From Chrysomallon squamiferum (Eukaryota; Animalia; Mollusca), in NCBI GenBank assembly GCA_012295275.1, contig CM022673.1:14880001-14944000 (forward strand): a stretch of 64,000 bases of DNA, read 5' to 3'. A model generated the notes under the pieces. The model was not told the origin of the DNA. It worked only from the letters and a program-made list of their open reading frames with translations, and searched no databases. Every line of letters starts with the position of its first letter. The stretch's first letter is position 1. A program made the translations under genes and the position numbers. Below are positions 63,304-64,000 of the stretch, piece after piece.

Positions 63304-63610
63304 TAAAGACACTGAACAAATTTTATATTGTTGGTATTTTTGAACTGAAACAACACCCAAATATTCATGGGTAGACCTAATTGGCTTGAAAAAAGACCAA
63401 CCTATTTAAAGTTTGAACTGAGGAATATTGATGTTCTGTTGATGACAAAGCAAGCTGTGACAAATGCTTTCTTTGTGTAAGTTCGATTATTGGGCCAGTA
63501 GGCACCAATGTTTATAGGCTGTGTAGTGTTAACGGCTATATCAAATTTCTTATTATATTTGTGGTGACATTTAAATTTAAATAACTTTATTTCATTTTAT
63601 TATTTATTTA

Positions 63611-63722
<112 letters not shown>

Positions 63723-64000
63723 GTTGTTATTATTATTGTTGTTGTTGTTGTTGTTGCTGCGTTGAGTTGTTGTAGTTGTATAAATGCGTAATAATCAATT
63801 CAAATTTATATAAAGTAAGTGGACTCCAGATGCAGTAAAGTTTGTTTTTTTTAGTGAAAATAGTAAGTTGTTGTTCTTGGCGTTGTCGTTGTGACAGTAT
63901 AGTAGCAGCAGCAGTAACAGCAGTAACAGCAGTAATAGTAATAGTAGTAAAAGCAGTTATTATTAGTAGTAGCAACAGCAGCAGCAGCTGCAGATGTTAT

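Overview
AT-rich, microsatellite-rich animal genomic DNA with spliced genes, probably from a mollusc or other lophotrochozoan (inference only). Host genes: a SEC14/spectrin-repeat gene (SESTD1-like, minus strand, running off the left edge), RPS10 (-) head-to-head with EDEM2 (+), a quiver/Ly6-type GPI-anchored three-finger gene (-), a disrupted histone H2A copy (+), a C1GALT1-like gene (-) and an unidentified single-pass membrane protein gene (-). One 30.7-kb intron of the SEC14 gene holds five head-to-tail I-group LINE copies (gag-like ORF1; APE-RT-RNase H ORF2), older LINE relics, three relics of a CxxH-type DDE transposon and a mariner fragment. The most unusual signal is in the LINE 5' ends. 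Each copy has an internal CCAAT cluster and a short putative exon ending at a conserved G|GTAAG donor. Copies meet at a recurring CAG|ATT(A/C)GCTC motif, and one copy has a 27-bp TSD. Copy 2 begins with a duplicate of that short exon that stops exactly at the donor. This suggests a self-targeting retrotransposon whose upstream neighbour supplies promoter and leader exon by splicing (hypothesis). A 3' end of the same family also abuts the 5' UTR of the H2A copy. Many frameshifts fall in homopolymers, so some may be assembly errors. Exon coordinates were read by eye and no database search was possible.
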